From the NCBI GenBank assembly GCA_965248265.1, contig CBDFJF010000002.1:960001-1024000 (forward strand): a stretch of 64,000 bases of DNA, given 5' to 3'. The stretch comes from Candidatus Latescibacterota bacterium. GTDB lineage: Bacteria; Latescibacterota; UBA2968; UBA8231. Position numbers and translations under genes: made by a program. Shown one piece after another: positions 49,360-58,622 of this stretch (its first letter is position 1; each line of letters starts with the position of its first letter). The notes under the pieces are model-generated. The model worked only from the letters and a program-made list of their open reading frames with translations. It was not told the origin of the DNA and made no database searches.

Positions 49360-50675
49360 GGTACGGCACAGGTGCGGAATCCGGTCAGCACGTCGCGCCG
49401 GTCAGGCGTTTGGAAATTTCGATAGTTGGTGCGGATCAGCCGAGAACGCGTCGTCCAGCATCCGCCCCGCATCACCATGCGCGTAGCGAACCACGGTTCA
49501 GAATATTCCTTGTAGGAATCCACCTCGAAACCGGGAAAGGGTTCGAAGGTCGAGCTCGTCCATTCCCACACATTGCCGATCATCTGCCGGCAACCGAAGG
49601 CACTGTCCCCGTCGGGAAGGGCGCCGACATCGACGCAGCCCATGGCACGCCAGTCGAGGTTTGCGCGGGTCGGGTTGGGCACCTCATCACCCCATGGAAA
49701 GCGCCGTTTGACAGCGGCAAGCCCTCCCCCTGCAGCGGGTTCGGAGCTGGCTGCGGCTTCCCATTCTGCCTCACTGGGCAAACGACGGCCGGCCCAGCGA
49801 CAATAGGTGTCCGCCTCGAACCAGTTGACGTGAATGACAGGTTTGTCTGCCTCCAGTTCCACCCATTGATCGAAATTGCGCCGTTCCCAGCCACCGTCTG
49901 CTCTGCGTCGCCAATAGACATGACAATGCGCATTCTCCGCCTGCCGCCACTCCCAACCGGCATCGCTCCAACACGTGCGCTGGTCATAACCACCGTCGTC
50001 GATGAAGGCAGCGTACTCGGACTGGGTCACGGGGGCGTGGGCAATCCTGAACGGATTCAGTTCCACCGGATGGGCCCACTTCTCGTTGTCGAACACGAAC
50101 GGCTCCTCTGGAGTCGACCCCAGCAGGTAGGTGCCTCCAGGAACGTCGGCATCACCCGTGCATGGCCCGCCGCCGATGTCTCGGTCAGAGCGCGCAACAT
50201 TCAGCGCCGGCTCCGGATAAGACAGTGTCTGTCGCGTGTAGGTGAGGGCCTCCGTGTGCATGTCTTCATGCAGTACCGAGTACAGGGTGTGGTAAGCCAG
50301 GTTGTCATCCGGACCCTTGCTTTGTAGCTGTTCGATCAATTGATCACGGACGGTACGGACGTAATTGAGGGTTTCCTCACGTGATGGCAGCGGCAGGTCC
50401 CAGCGGGTGTCGTGTGCGATGGCGATCGAATCGTAGAGGGCGTCTTCGTCGTCTCTTACCGGGGCGAGGCCACAGGCATGGCGCAGGGCCCAGAAGGACT
50501 GGAACCAGGCGTGATGTCCGATCTCCCACAGCCCTGGGTTGACGGTCGGGAGCTGGGCACCGATGAGGTCTTCATTGGACAGGTCGGATACCAGCTCGAG
50601 GGTCCGCTCGCGGGCTTCAGCAACCCAATCGATCAAATCCTCGACGGAGACTGCTTTCGTTACGTCGGTAGTCAT
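49356..50675 (-). CDS. senA: Selenoneine synthase (EgtB-like DinB plus FGE-sulfatase domains)
   Basis: WEIGH, HEDMHTE iron ligands, FDNEKWAH, RLPSEAEWE, GNVWEW, GFRTC; context with senB and selD. Confidence 0.88.
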   Translation of the reverse strand: MTTDVTKAVSVEDLIDWVAEARERTLELVSDLSNEDLIGAQLPTVNPGLWEIGHHAWFQSFWALRHACGLAPVRDDEDALYDSIAIAHDTRWDLPLPSREETLNYVRTVRDQLIEQLQSKGPDDNLAYHTLYSVLHEDMHTEALTYTRQTLSYPEPALNVARSDRDIGGGPCTGDADVPGGTYLLGSTPEEPFVFDNEKWAHPVELNPFRIAHAPVTQSEYAAFIDDGGYDQRTCWSDAGWEWRQAENAHCHVYWRRRADGGWERRNFDQWVELEADKPVIHVNWFEADTYCRWAGRRLPSEAEWEAAASSEPAAGGGLAAVKRRFPWGDEVPNPTRANLDWRAMGCVDVGALPDGDSAFGCRQMIGNVWEWTSSTFEPFPGFEVDSYKEYSEPWFATRMVMRGGCWTTRSRLIRTNYRNFQTPDRRDVLTGFRTCAVP

Positions 50676-50848
50676 GGCAATAACTCAGGATGATCGCCGT
50701 AAGGATTGAAAGTGCAGGGACGCTGGGACCGCCGAATAATAGGGCCAAGGTTGAGCCCGATCAATGATAAATGGCTGTACTTGCACGAATTAGGAGTTGT
50801 GCGATTTTCGTATGTCTACATCAACTGCTAACACATGATGGGGGCACA

Positions 50849-51904
50849 GTGGCACTATTTTCCAAGAAAAAGACGCTGACCGGACTCGCCAAGACCTGCG
50901 GGTGAGCAGCCAAGGTGAGTCCGGTCGGACTCGACAAGCTGCTCCAGGCATTACCAAAGAAAGTCGACCCGAATCTACTGGTGGGTTTCGAGACGAGCGA
51001 TGACGCGGGTGTGTACCGATTGACCGACGATGTGGCCCTCGTCGTCACCGCCGACATCATCACTCCACCGGTAGACGACCCCTTCGTGTTCGGGCAGATC
51101 GGCGCCGCGAACTCAATCAGCGACGTGTACGCCATGGGCGGCAAACCAGTCACCTGCCTGAATCTGCTCGGTTTTCCTACGACCGAATTGGGGCCGGAGG
51201 TTCTGCAGGGGATTGTCGAGGGGGCGCTGACTAAGATCACGGAAGCCGAGGCGGTCCTGGCGGGGGGGCACACGACGGAAGATGAGGAGCCCAAGTTCGG
51301 CCTGGCAGTGACCGGAGTCGTGCATCCGAAAAAATACTGGCACAACAAGGGGGCCAGGCAGGGTGAGGTGTTGATTCTGACCAAGCGAATCGGCAGCGGC
51401 GTCTTGTTCAATGCCAATCTCAAGGGCTTGGTGCCGGAGGCGGCGATGAAGGCATGCATCGATTCGCTGATAACGCTGAACAAGTCGGCGGCGGAGGTGC
51501 TCCAGCACTACGACGTCAGTGCGGTCACGGACATAACCGGATTCGGCCTTGCCGGCCACGCTCTGGAAATGGCCAAGGGGTCGGATGTGACGCTGGAGAT
51601 CGACATCGATGCGATTCCGGTGATGGCAGAAGCTGCGAACATGTACGACAAGGGGGTTACTACCGGGTCCAATTTGAACAACCGCGCCCTGATCACCGGC
51701 CATACCCATTTCGATCGCGAGCTGCCCGGCAACAGCGGGGAGATTTTCGTGGACCCGCAGACCAGCGGCGGTTTACTGGCGGCGCTACCGGAGTCCCAGG
51801 CACAGGAGGCCCTTAGTAGAATGCACGACGCTGGGTTGGACGCCGCCTGCATCATTGGGCATGTTCGTCCACCCTCGGCGCCAGACTATCTGGTCTTCAA
51901 ATAA
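50849..51904 (+). CDS. selD: Selenophosphate synthetase, Sec-containing (SenC/SelD)
   Basis: GTG 50849, in-frame TGA at codon 19 (50903-50905) in TCG-U-AAK, the SelD active-site motif; DDAGVY, NSISDVYAMGG, TDITGFGLAGH, DPQTSGGLL. Confidence 0.95.
50917..50932 (+). promoter_or_regulatory. Bacterial SECIS hairpin of selD
   Basis: UGA-N11-GAGUCC(GGUC)GGACUC, perfect 6-bp stem with G-first loop. Confidence 0.8.
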
Positions 51905-51907
51905 TCA

Positions 51908-51970
51908 TCAACATCAATCTTAAACACCAATCATAAAACACCAATTATAAACACCAACTATAAACACCAG
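51908..51970. repeat. 13-bp-period tandem repeat (TAAACACCAAYYA)
   Basis: TCAACATCAATCT, TAAACACCAATCA, TAAAACACCAATTA, TAAACACCAACTA, TAAACACCAG, ending at the RBS of the next gene. Confidence 0.8.
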
Positions 51971-51984
51971 GGAGAGCGTTCTAC

Positions 51985-52839
51985 ATGAAGTGGATTTCCT
52001 TGCTGTCGTTGTTGCTGACCATCTCCACCGCCACCGCTGAACAGGCTTTTCGCTTCACCGCCATACCGGATCAAGACACTACCCGCCTGCAGGAGCGCTT
52101 TGACGGCATCGCCACCTATCTGTCCGGCAGGCTTGGGGTCACGGTCGGTTACATTCCTGTAAAGTCATACGCCGCTTCCGTGCAGGCTTTCAAAAACGAT
52201 GAAGTGCAGCTTGCATGGTTCGGGGGCCTGTCAGGCGTCAAGGCTCGCCGTGCAGTGCCCGGATCAAAGGCGATCGCGCAGGGGCAGGAGGATCTCGCCT
52301 TCGTGTCCTATTTCATCGCCCACGCCAGCACGGGACTGAAGGAGTCTGAGGAGTTCCCAGAGGGGATTCGGGGCAAGACCTTCACCTTTGGATCGAAAGG
52401 CTCGACCTCCGGCCGTCTGATGCCGGAATTCTACCTGCGCAAGCACCTGGGTGGCGCCCCCACCGAGGTCTTCGAGCGCCACGGCTTCAGCGGTGATCAC
52501 TCCAAGACCATCGCGCTGGTGCAATCGGGAAGCTGGCAGGTGGGCGCTCTCAACTACAAGGTGTGGGACACCGAGCTCAAGGAAGGCAAGATCGATACCA
52601 GCAAAGTCAGCGTCATCTGGCGGACACCGACGTACCCGGATTACAACTGGTCCATACGCGGGGATGTGGAGGGAAAGTACGGCAAGGGTTTTATCGATCG
52701 CGTCCAACAGGCGCTGTTGCAGATGGAAGATCGCAGCCTGCTGGATCGTTTCCCACGCACCAAGTTCGTACCCGCGAACAATGATATGTACGGTCCGATC
52801 CTCAGCACGGGCACGGCCATCGGCCTGTTCGAGAAATGA
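51985..52839 (+). CDS. Putative selenate ABC transporter substrate-binding protein (PhnD-like)
   Basis: Signal peptide, FTAIPDQD, LAWFGGLSGV, GSTSGRLMP, GDHSKT, YPDYNW; directly after selD. Confidence 0.85.
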   Translation: MKWISLLSLLLTISTATAEQAFRFTAIPDQDTTRLQERFDGIATYLSGRLGVTVGYIPVKSYAASVQAFKNDEVQLAWFGGLSGVKARRAVPGSKAIAQGQEDLAFVSYFIAHASTGLKESEEFPEGIRGKTFTFGSKGSTSGRLMPEFYLRKHLGGAPTEVFERHGFSGDHSKTIALVQSGSWQVGALNYKVWDTELKEGKIDTSKVSVIWRTPTYPDYNWSIRGDVEGKYGKGFIDRVQQALLQMEDRSLLDRFPRTKFVPANNDMYGPILSTGTAIGLFEK

Positions 52840-52862
52840 CCCTCCGACACACGTAGACCATT

Positions 52863-53516
52863 GTGTACGACATAGAAAACCTGACCGTCGCCTATGACGA
52901 AGCGCCCGTCCTGGAGAACATCTCCCTCCGCATCCGTGCGGGGGAGAAAGCCGTCATCATCGGTCCCAGCGGTGCAGGCAAGTCGACGCTGCTGAAGAAG
53001 CTCTATGAACTGAGGCAGGAGCACTGCGCTTTCATCCACCAGGACTACGCCTTGATCCCGCAGTTGTCCGCCTTCCACAATGTCTACGCCGGGAGGCTGG
53101 ACACGACGGCGACTTTCTCAAATCTGCTGAATCTGATACGCCCGCGGGACCACGCACTGGAGGAGATTCAGCCGATTTTCCAGGCGCTGGAGATGGGGGA
53201 CAAAATCAACGAGCGAGTCAGCAATCTGTCCGGTGGTCAGCAGCAGCGGGTAGCCGTCGGTCGCGCCATCTACCGACGCAGTGACATCCTACTGGGCGAT
53301 GAGCCGGTCTCATCCATTGACCCTCACCAGGCCGGCTCAGTGCTGCAACTCATCAAGGACAGTTCGCCGACCGTGGTCCTGGCCATGCACGATGTGCGGC
53401 TGGCGCTTGAGCACTTCCCCCGGGTGATTGGGCTGCGTGAGAAGTGCGTGGCCTTCGACCTCCCGGCCGCGGAAGTGGACGAGTCCGTACTGCGGGACCT
53501 GTACGCTGGTGAGTGA
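52863..53516 (+). CDS. ABC transporter ATP-binding protein (PhnC-like)
   Basis: GPSGAGKST, LSGGQQQRVA, DEPVSSID. Confidence 0.92.
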   Translation: MYDIENLTVAYDEAPVLENISLRIRAGEKAVIIGPSGAGKSTLLKKLYELRQEHCAFIHQDYALIPQLSAFHNVYAGRLDTTATFSNLLNLIRPRDHALEEIQPIFQALEMGDKINERVSNLSGGQQQRVAVGRAIYRRSDILLGDEPVSSIDPHQAGSVLQLIKDSSPTVVLAMHDVRLALEHFPRVIGLREKCVAFDLPAAEVDESVLRDLYAGE

Positions 53517-53570
53517 TGGAATCGCCGGCAGGCATCCTGGTAAGTCGAGCTGGCGCAGATCGGTAGCCGC

Positions 53571-55061
53571 ATGCTGAAGGTGAGTCTGTCGTTTCTGGCT
53601 GTCGCCCTGCTGTGTCTTGGACTGGCTGATGTTGAGGTAACGACGCTCGATCCCTGGCAGGAGATCGAGCGCATCGCCACGGGATTCGTTACCCCCGACC
53701 TGCCCGTTCTACTGGGGTTTCGCGAGGCCTTACTCAACACCGTCACCTTCGCCTTCTGCGGCATCGCCATCGGGCTCGGGTTCGGCTCCATTCTAGCCCT
53801 GTTCTTTCAATACACGGCCGTACGTCTGTTTTGCGCCTTCATCCGCGCCATACACGAGATCTTCTGGGCCTTCCTGTTCCTGCCCCTGGTGGGGCTGAAC
53901 CCCGTTTGCGGAGTGCTGGCCATCGGCATTCCGTACGCAGGGGTTTTCGGCAAGGTATTCGCCGAGATCCTACAGGAGGCGGACCAGAGACCGCTGGAGG
54001 GACTACCCGCAAACACCAGTCGCATGAGTCGCTTCCTGTACGGGGTGCTCCCCGTCATCTACCACGACCTCAAGAGCTACACGTCCTATCGTTTTGAGTG
54101 CGCCCTACGCTCAAGCGCCATTCTCGGATTTATCGGCTTGCCTACGCTCGGATTTCACCTGGAGACGGCATTCCGTGAGGGCCTGTACTCGGAGGCGCCG
54201 GCTCTCCTCTACGCCTTCTACCTGTTGATCGCGTCCCTGCGCTACTGGGTAAAGCCGAAACTCGTTCTCGTCTACGTGGCCGCTTCGTTCGCGCTGATCT
54301 CGACCGAAGTCAATATATCACTGCAGAACATCACGCGGTTTCTGACCTATGAGATCCTGCCATGGCCGATGCGGCGAGAGGGTTTTCTCAGCGGCAGCCG
54401 TGAGGTGTCCTTCCCCATTGAGCAGGTCTGGCAATGGGGCGTCGACCTCTTTACCAGCGAGGCGCTGCCCGGGATGTGGAACACGGTCATACTGACGCAG
54501 GTCGTGCTCGCAGGCACTGCCATCTTTACGCTGGTATTCTTCGGTGGGATCTGCCGGCACCTGACGTCACAGCGGCCAGCGCGCGGGTTGGCGCACTACG
54601 GGCTCATCGTTCTGAGGACAACGCCGGAGTACATCATGGCCTACGTGTTCTTGCAGATGTGGGGGCCGTCGATGCTGCCGGCGATTCTGGCGATTACTCT
54701 CCATAACGGCGCCATACTGGCCTACCTTACAGGTAAGAACGCCGATCTGGTGGAGCTGCGAATGGACGCCCCGAGCAAGCGGCGCAATCGCTATCTGTTC
54801 GAGATTCTGCCAAGGGTCTACGGCCAGTTCCTGGCCTTCCTGTTCTATCGCTGGGAGGTGATGATGAGGGAATCGGCCATGCTCGGAATCCTGGGCATAT
54901 TCACGATCGGTTTTTTCATCGACAGTGCGATCGCTGACGACAAGCTGGACAAGGCGGTGTTCCTCATCGCCCTGACGGCTCTCTTGAACATGGGTATCGA
55001 TTCCATTTCACAGCTGATTCGCAAACGTCTGCGCGTAACCACCGGGGCCGTGTACACTTGA
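53571..55061 (+). CDS. ABC transporter permease, duplicated PhnE-like domains
   Basis: Two repeats: YRFECALRSSAILG and YRWEVMMRESAMLG; RAIHE and RTTPE. Confidence 0.9.
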   Translation: MLKVSLSFLAVALLCLGLADVEVTTLDPWQEIERIATGFVTPDLPVLLGFREALLNTVTFAFCGIAIGLGFGSILALFFQYTAVRLFCAFIRAIHEIFWAFLFLPLVGLNPVCGVLAIGIPYAGVFGKVFAEILQEADQRPLEGLPANTSRMSRFLYGVLPVIYHDLKSYTSYRFECALRSSAILGFIGLPTLGFHLETAFREGLYSEAPALLYAFYLLIASLRYWVKPKLVLVYVAASFALISTEVNISLQNITRFLTYEILPWPMRREGFLSGSREVSFPIEQVWQWGVDLFTSEALPGMWNTVILTQVVLAGTAIFTLVFFGGICRHLTSQRPARGLAHYGLIVLRTTPEYIMAYVFLQMWGPSMLPAILAITLHNGAILAYLTGKNADLVELRMDAPSKRRNRYLFEILPRVYGQFLAFLFYRWEVMMRESAMLGILGIFTIGFFIDSAIADDKLDKAVFLIALTALLNMGIDSISQLIRKRLRVTTGAVYT

Positions 55062-55104
55062 TCCACTCACTTGTTTCTGTAATTGGGAGGAGAAGCATCA
55101 ACGT

Positions 55105-56100
55105 ATGAAAAGGGCAATTTTCTTTTTCGCGGTAGCGGGCCTGCTGGCCGCTGCTGACGGAGCTGCAGCTGAAAGCAAGCTTTCGGGCAACACCTTCGGT
55201 GACTACTACTGGTTCGCCGCAAACCACGACGCGGCCACGGAAGATCAGAATGGTCTGTGGATCCGGCGGGTATACCTGACCTATGACATGAACAAGAGTG
55301 ACAATGTGTCCCTGCGCTTTCGTCTGGAATCAGGGAGTCCCGGTGTTGGCGGCGCGGGCAAAATGGAGCCGTTCGCGAAGGACGCCTATTTGAAGTGGAC
55401 CCCTGGCGGGGGAAGCCGCACGTGGTACATCGGCCTGTCAGGAGCGCCGACCTTCACGGGAGTCGAAAAGGCCTGGGGTTACCGGCATGTCGAGAAAACG
55501 CCCGTCGACCTCTACAAGCTCGGCTCCACGCGGGACTTCGGCATTGGAGTCAAACACAAACTGAGTGAAAAAGCTGACCTCCACCTGATGATCGGTAACG
55601 GCAACAGCACGGGAGCCGAGAACAACAAGGGCAAGAAATACATGGCTTCCGCCGGGCTGGCGCTCACCGACGACATCACCGTGCGCGGGAACCTCGATTT
55701 CGACGACCAGGCGGGCGAGGCCACCTTCATGACCGCCCAGGTGCTGCTGTTTCAGAAGACGGATACCTACCGGTGGGGTCTGCAATACGTACTCAACAAT
55801 CAGGATAACGGCACGACCGACCAGAGCGTTAACGTGGCTGCCGGCTACGTCGTTTTCTATTTGAACGAGGGCACGTCCGCGCTGGTGAGGGTTGACGCGT
55901 TGCTGGACGAGAGTCCGAAGGTGGGCGGCGGTTACCTGCCGCTGGTCAATACCTCAAAGCACTACTTCATTCTGGCGGGTGTCGACTTTTCGCCCGAAGA
56001 GAATTTCCACGTGATCCCGAATGCTGAAATCGTCGTCTACGATCAGGGTGGCGTGGATACCGACATTGTGCCGCGGGTGACGTTCTCCTACACGTTCTAA
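55105..56100 (+). CDS. Outer-membrane porin-like beta-barrel
   Basis: Signal peptide, IRRVYLTYD, KDAYLKW, amphipathic strands, C-terminal Phe (VTFSYTF). Confidence 0.75.
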   Translation: MKRAIFFFAVAGLLAAADGAAAESKLSGNTFGDYYWFAANHDAATEDQNGLWIRRVYLTYDMNKSDNVSLRFRLESGSPGVGGAGKMEPFAKDAYLKWTPGGGSRTWYIGLSGAPTFTGVEKAWGYRHVEKTPVDLYKLGSTRDFGIGVKHKLSEKADLHLMIGNGNSTGAENNKGKKYMASAGLALTDDITVRGNLDFDDQAGEATFMTAQVLLFQKTDTYRWGLQYVLNNQDNGTTDQSVNVAAGYVVFYLNEGTSALVRVDALLDESPKVGGGYLPLVNTSKHYFILAGVDFSPEENFHVIPNAEIVVYDQGGVDTDIVPRVTFSYTF

Positions 56101-56145
56101 ACGCGAGGTGCTTGGCCTCCGATTGAACGGCGCCTGCTCACGATC

Positions 56146-57663
56146 TCACTTCGGGGTTTCGTCGGGGGACAGGATTCTGGCGACCAGACGTCTGAGATCT
56201 TTGCCTCTGACTGGTTTGGTGACGAAAGGCACGCGCGTTCGGTCCATGAACTCGCGCGCACGTGGAGTAAAGACTCCGCCGGTTATGACGACGAAACGGC
56301 CGTCCTTGTTGGCTGCTCCTGAGCAGAAGGCTTCATAGATATCGATGCCGTCTGCATTCGGCATCATCATGTCGCACAATACGAGATCAAAGGCCTCCTG
56401 CTTTACCAGGGCCATGGCCGCGGCGCCGTCAGTCTCGGCAATGACCTCGTGCTCGGCGAGGACGAGGGTGATGATACGGCAGATCTCCGGCTCATCGTCG
56501 ATAACGAGGATCTTCGCTCCTGTGACCGGTACTTCAGGCGATTGCTCTTCCCCCTGTGCGGTTGGTATGTCGACGGCCGGCAGTGCTGCCCGGAACGTGC
56601 TCCCACGACCGTGGGTGGATTCGACCTGCAAATCTCCGCCAAATTCGCGCATGGTTTGACGCGAGATGGACAGACCGAGTCCAGCGCCCTCATTGGGTCT
56701 ACGGGTGCTGAAAAAGGCGTCGAAGATGAGCTCGAGATCTGCGGCCGGGATGCCGACGCCGTTGTCGCTAACCTCGATCACGGCCTGTGAGTTCTCAAGC
56801 CTCGTGGCAACGCTGATGCAGTTGCTGGCCAGAGACGCTGTTTCGAAGGCCAGAGAGGCGTTCTGGACCAGATTGATGACTACCTGGCCCAGCCTCGCGG
56901 CATCGGCACACACGGTGAGTTCGTCTCGATGCGTACATGATAATTGAGCCCGGTGCGACACCACATTCTGCACCATACGCAGTGAAGAGTCGACGGTCTG
57001 ACAGAGGTCGATGACTGTGTTGACAGGGCGTTCGTCAGGCGCCAACTCCCTCAGACTGTCAACGATGCTCGCCATGCGATCGATGCCGGTCACCGCTTCC
57101 TTCAGGCTTTCCACGAGAGCAGTAAAACGGCCACCGTCGTCCTCTTTATCGAGATTATCGAGCGCATCCTGAACATGCTCCACATTCATCAGGGTGAACG
57201 TGAGGGGATTGTTGAGCTCGTGGGCGACACCCGCGGCCAGGGTTGAGATCGCAGAAAGCCGTCCCGTGGCGCGAGTGTGGGCCTCTCGCTCGATCTGCTC
57301 TCGTTGCTGCCGCAGATCAGTGATGAGCCCACCGATTTCCTCGCCGCCGGCATTCACCTGGAAAGCGAGAACGTCGGAGGGTGAGCCGTCCAAGCGGCGG
57401 GTTGCCTGGGAGCTGAAGTCGCCGGCAGCATGCCTGGACAGGACCTCTCCGAGTTCGAGCACGGTCTCCTCGAGACTTGCCCTCGAACGGTCGCGCTCAG
57501 CGAACAGTTCAGTGAGCTCCTCGGCGAGCACATTGACCAGGTAGGCGATGATGTCCTCGGTGTCGCGCCGGCCGTTGCGGGGCAGGCGGGCCGTCAGGTC
57601 TCCCTGCGACAAGCTGATGAATACGGAGACCAGCTGTTCATGGAAGCTGCTGGCATCACTCAT
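56146..57663 (-). CDS. Cytoplasmic hybrid histidine kinase (HAMP-like, HisKA, HATPase, REC)
   Basis: GVAHELNNP, NLVQNA, GAGLGLSIS, IDDEPE, CDMMMP. Confidence 0.9.
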   Translation of the reverse strand: MSDASSFHEQLVSVFISLSQGDLTARLPRNGRRDTEDIIAYLVNVLAEELTELFAERDRSRASLEETVLELGEVLSRHAAGDFSSQATRRLDGSPSDVLAFQVNAGGEEIGGLITDLRQQREQIEREAHTRATGRLSAISTLAAGVAHELNNPLTFTLMNVEHVQDALDNLDKEDDGGRFTALVESLKEAVTGIDRMASIVDSLRELAPDERPVNTVIDLCQTVDSSLRMVQNVVSHRAQLSCTHRDELTVCADAARLGQVVINLVQNASLAFETASLASNCISVATRLENSQAVIEVSDNGVGIPAADLELIFDAFFSTRRPNEGAGLGLSISRQTMREFGGDLQVESTHGRGSTFRAALPAVDIPTAQGEEQSPEVPVTGAKILVIDDEPEICRIITLVLAEHEVIAETDGAAAMALVKQEAFDLVLCDMMMPNADGIDIYEAFCSGAANKDGRFVVITGGVFTPRAREFMDRTRVPFVTKPVRGKDLRRLVARILSPDETPK

Positions 57664-58093
57664 CGTTCGTCACCGACCGCGCAGTGTTGTGCTGGCGAGC
57701 CCAAACCAGGGCCGCATCGAGCTCCGCGAACATCCTCGTTGGCACCGGCGGTTTTGCGAGTCCCAGGAAGATCGAGGCTATGGCGCGTCCGAACATCGAA
57801 CTCGTGACCAGCGCCACGCAGGTATACCAATCGGCATCGATTTCGTGCTGATAGACCCGCCGAGCGCCGGCTTCCTGATGCGAGATCGGGTCCATCAGCA
57901 CGATCGACGCGCCAGCATGTCCCGCGCGCTTCCAGTGATCGACCTGCAGGGCGATGGCCGCTCGTGCGGTCTGGGCCGTGTCGACGCAGTTGTCGTGTGG
58001 GATGACGACGATGATCCCGTTCTCGGGGGTGAAATACCGGGCCGAATCATTTTCGCCGACTTCGGACCACGTGTCCACTGCCGGCAGGTTCAT
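57656..58093 (-). CDS. STAS/SpoIIAA-like small protein, paralogue 2
   Basis: AGARRVY...VALVTSSMFGRAIASIFLGLAKPPVPTRMF; ATG 58093 overlaps the upstream stop. Confidence 0.7.
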   Translation of the reverse strand: MNLPAVDTWSEVGENDSARYFTPENGIIVVIPHDNCVDTAQTARAAIALQVDHWKRAGHAGASIVLMDPISHQEAGARRVYQHEIDADWYTCVALVTSSMFGRAIASIFLGLAKPPVPTRMFAELDAALVWARQHNTARSVTNDE

Positions 58094-58563
58094 GTATCGG
58101 TCCCCAGCCGTTCCTGGATCCACGGTGCGGCCGCTTCGGCTGAAGCGAACAACCGTGTGGGCACCGACGGCTTGTTCAAGCCCATGAAGAACGCACCCAA
58201 GGCACGCGTCAACAGCGAACCACCTATCAGGGCAATGCCCTCCGCCCAACTGGCGTCTGTCCTGGCGGCGTAGACCTGCCTTGCGTCGCGATCTTGTCCG
58301 AGGAGACGGTCGAAGTAGATGACGACGACCCCCGTCATACCAAGCTCGTTGAAGTAGCGAATCTGGTAGTCCATGTTTTCGGTGGCGGATTCACCTGTGT
58401 CCTGCGTGCCCGCATCTGGCCAGGCTATCAGACAACGCTCCGCGCCGGCATAGTACCTGGTGTTGACGGTGCGGCCCAAGTAGCTGCCCAGATCGCCGTT
58501 CGGGACCGCATTCTGACTGTTATTGTCTTCCGACAACTCAGTGTCTCCGAGGGATTGAATCAC
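58090..58563 (-). CDS. STAS/SpoIIAA-like small protein, paralogue 1
   Basis: RDARQVY...IALIGGSLLTRALGAFFMGLNKPSVPTRLF; similar to the adjacent gene. Confidence 0.7.
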   Translation of the reverse strand: MIQSLGDTELSEDNNSQNAVPNGDLGSYLGRTVNTRYYAGAERCLIAWPDAGTQDTGESATENMDYQIRYFNELGMTGVVVIYFDRLLGQDRDARQVYAARTDASWAEGIALIGGSLLTRALGAFFMGLNKPSVPTRLFASAEAAAPWIQERLGTDT

Positions 58564-58622
58564 AGAAGCTAAAACAACAATGCGAAAAGATCACGGTGGA
58601 CTACGAGCCGTGGTCGCCGCGG

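Noticed and set aside
49356-50675. Ergothioneine EgtB
   Set aside because: Coupling to senB and adjacency to selD fit SenA better; no egtC or egtD here
51908-51970. CRISPR array (also 9092-9172 and 34468-34527)
   Set aside because: Units are 13-15 bp, contiguous, without spacers; no cas genes
51985-55061. Phosphonate transporter phnCDE
   Set aside because: No C-P lyase or ptxD genes; position after selD favours the selenium-associated subfamily, though the substrate is unproven
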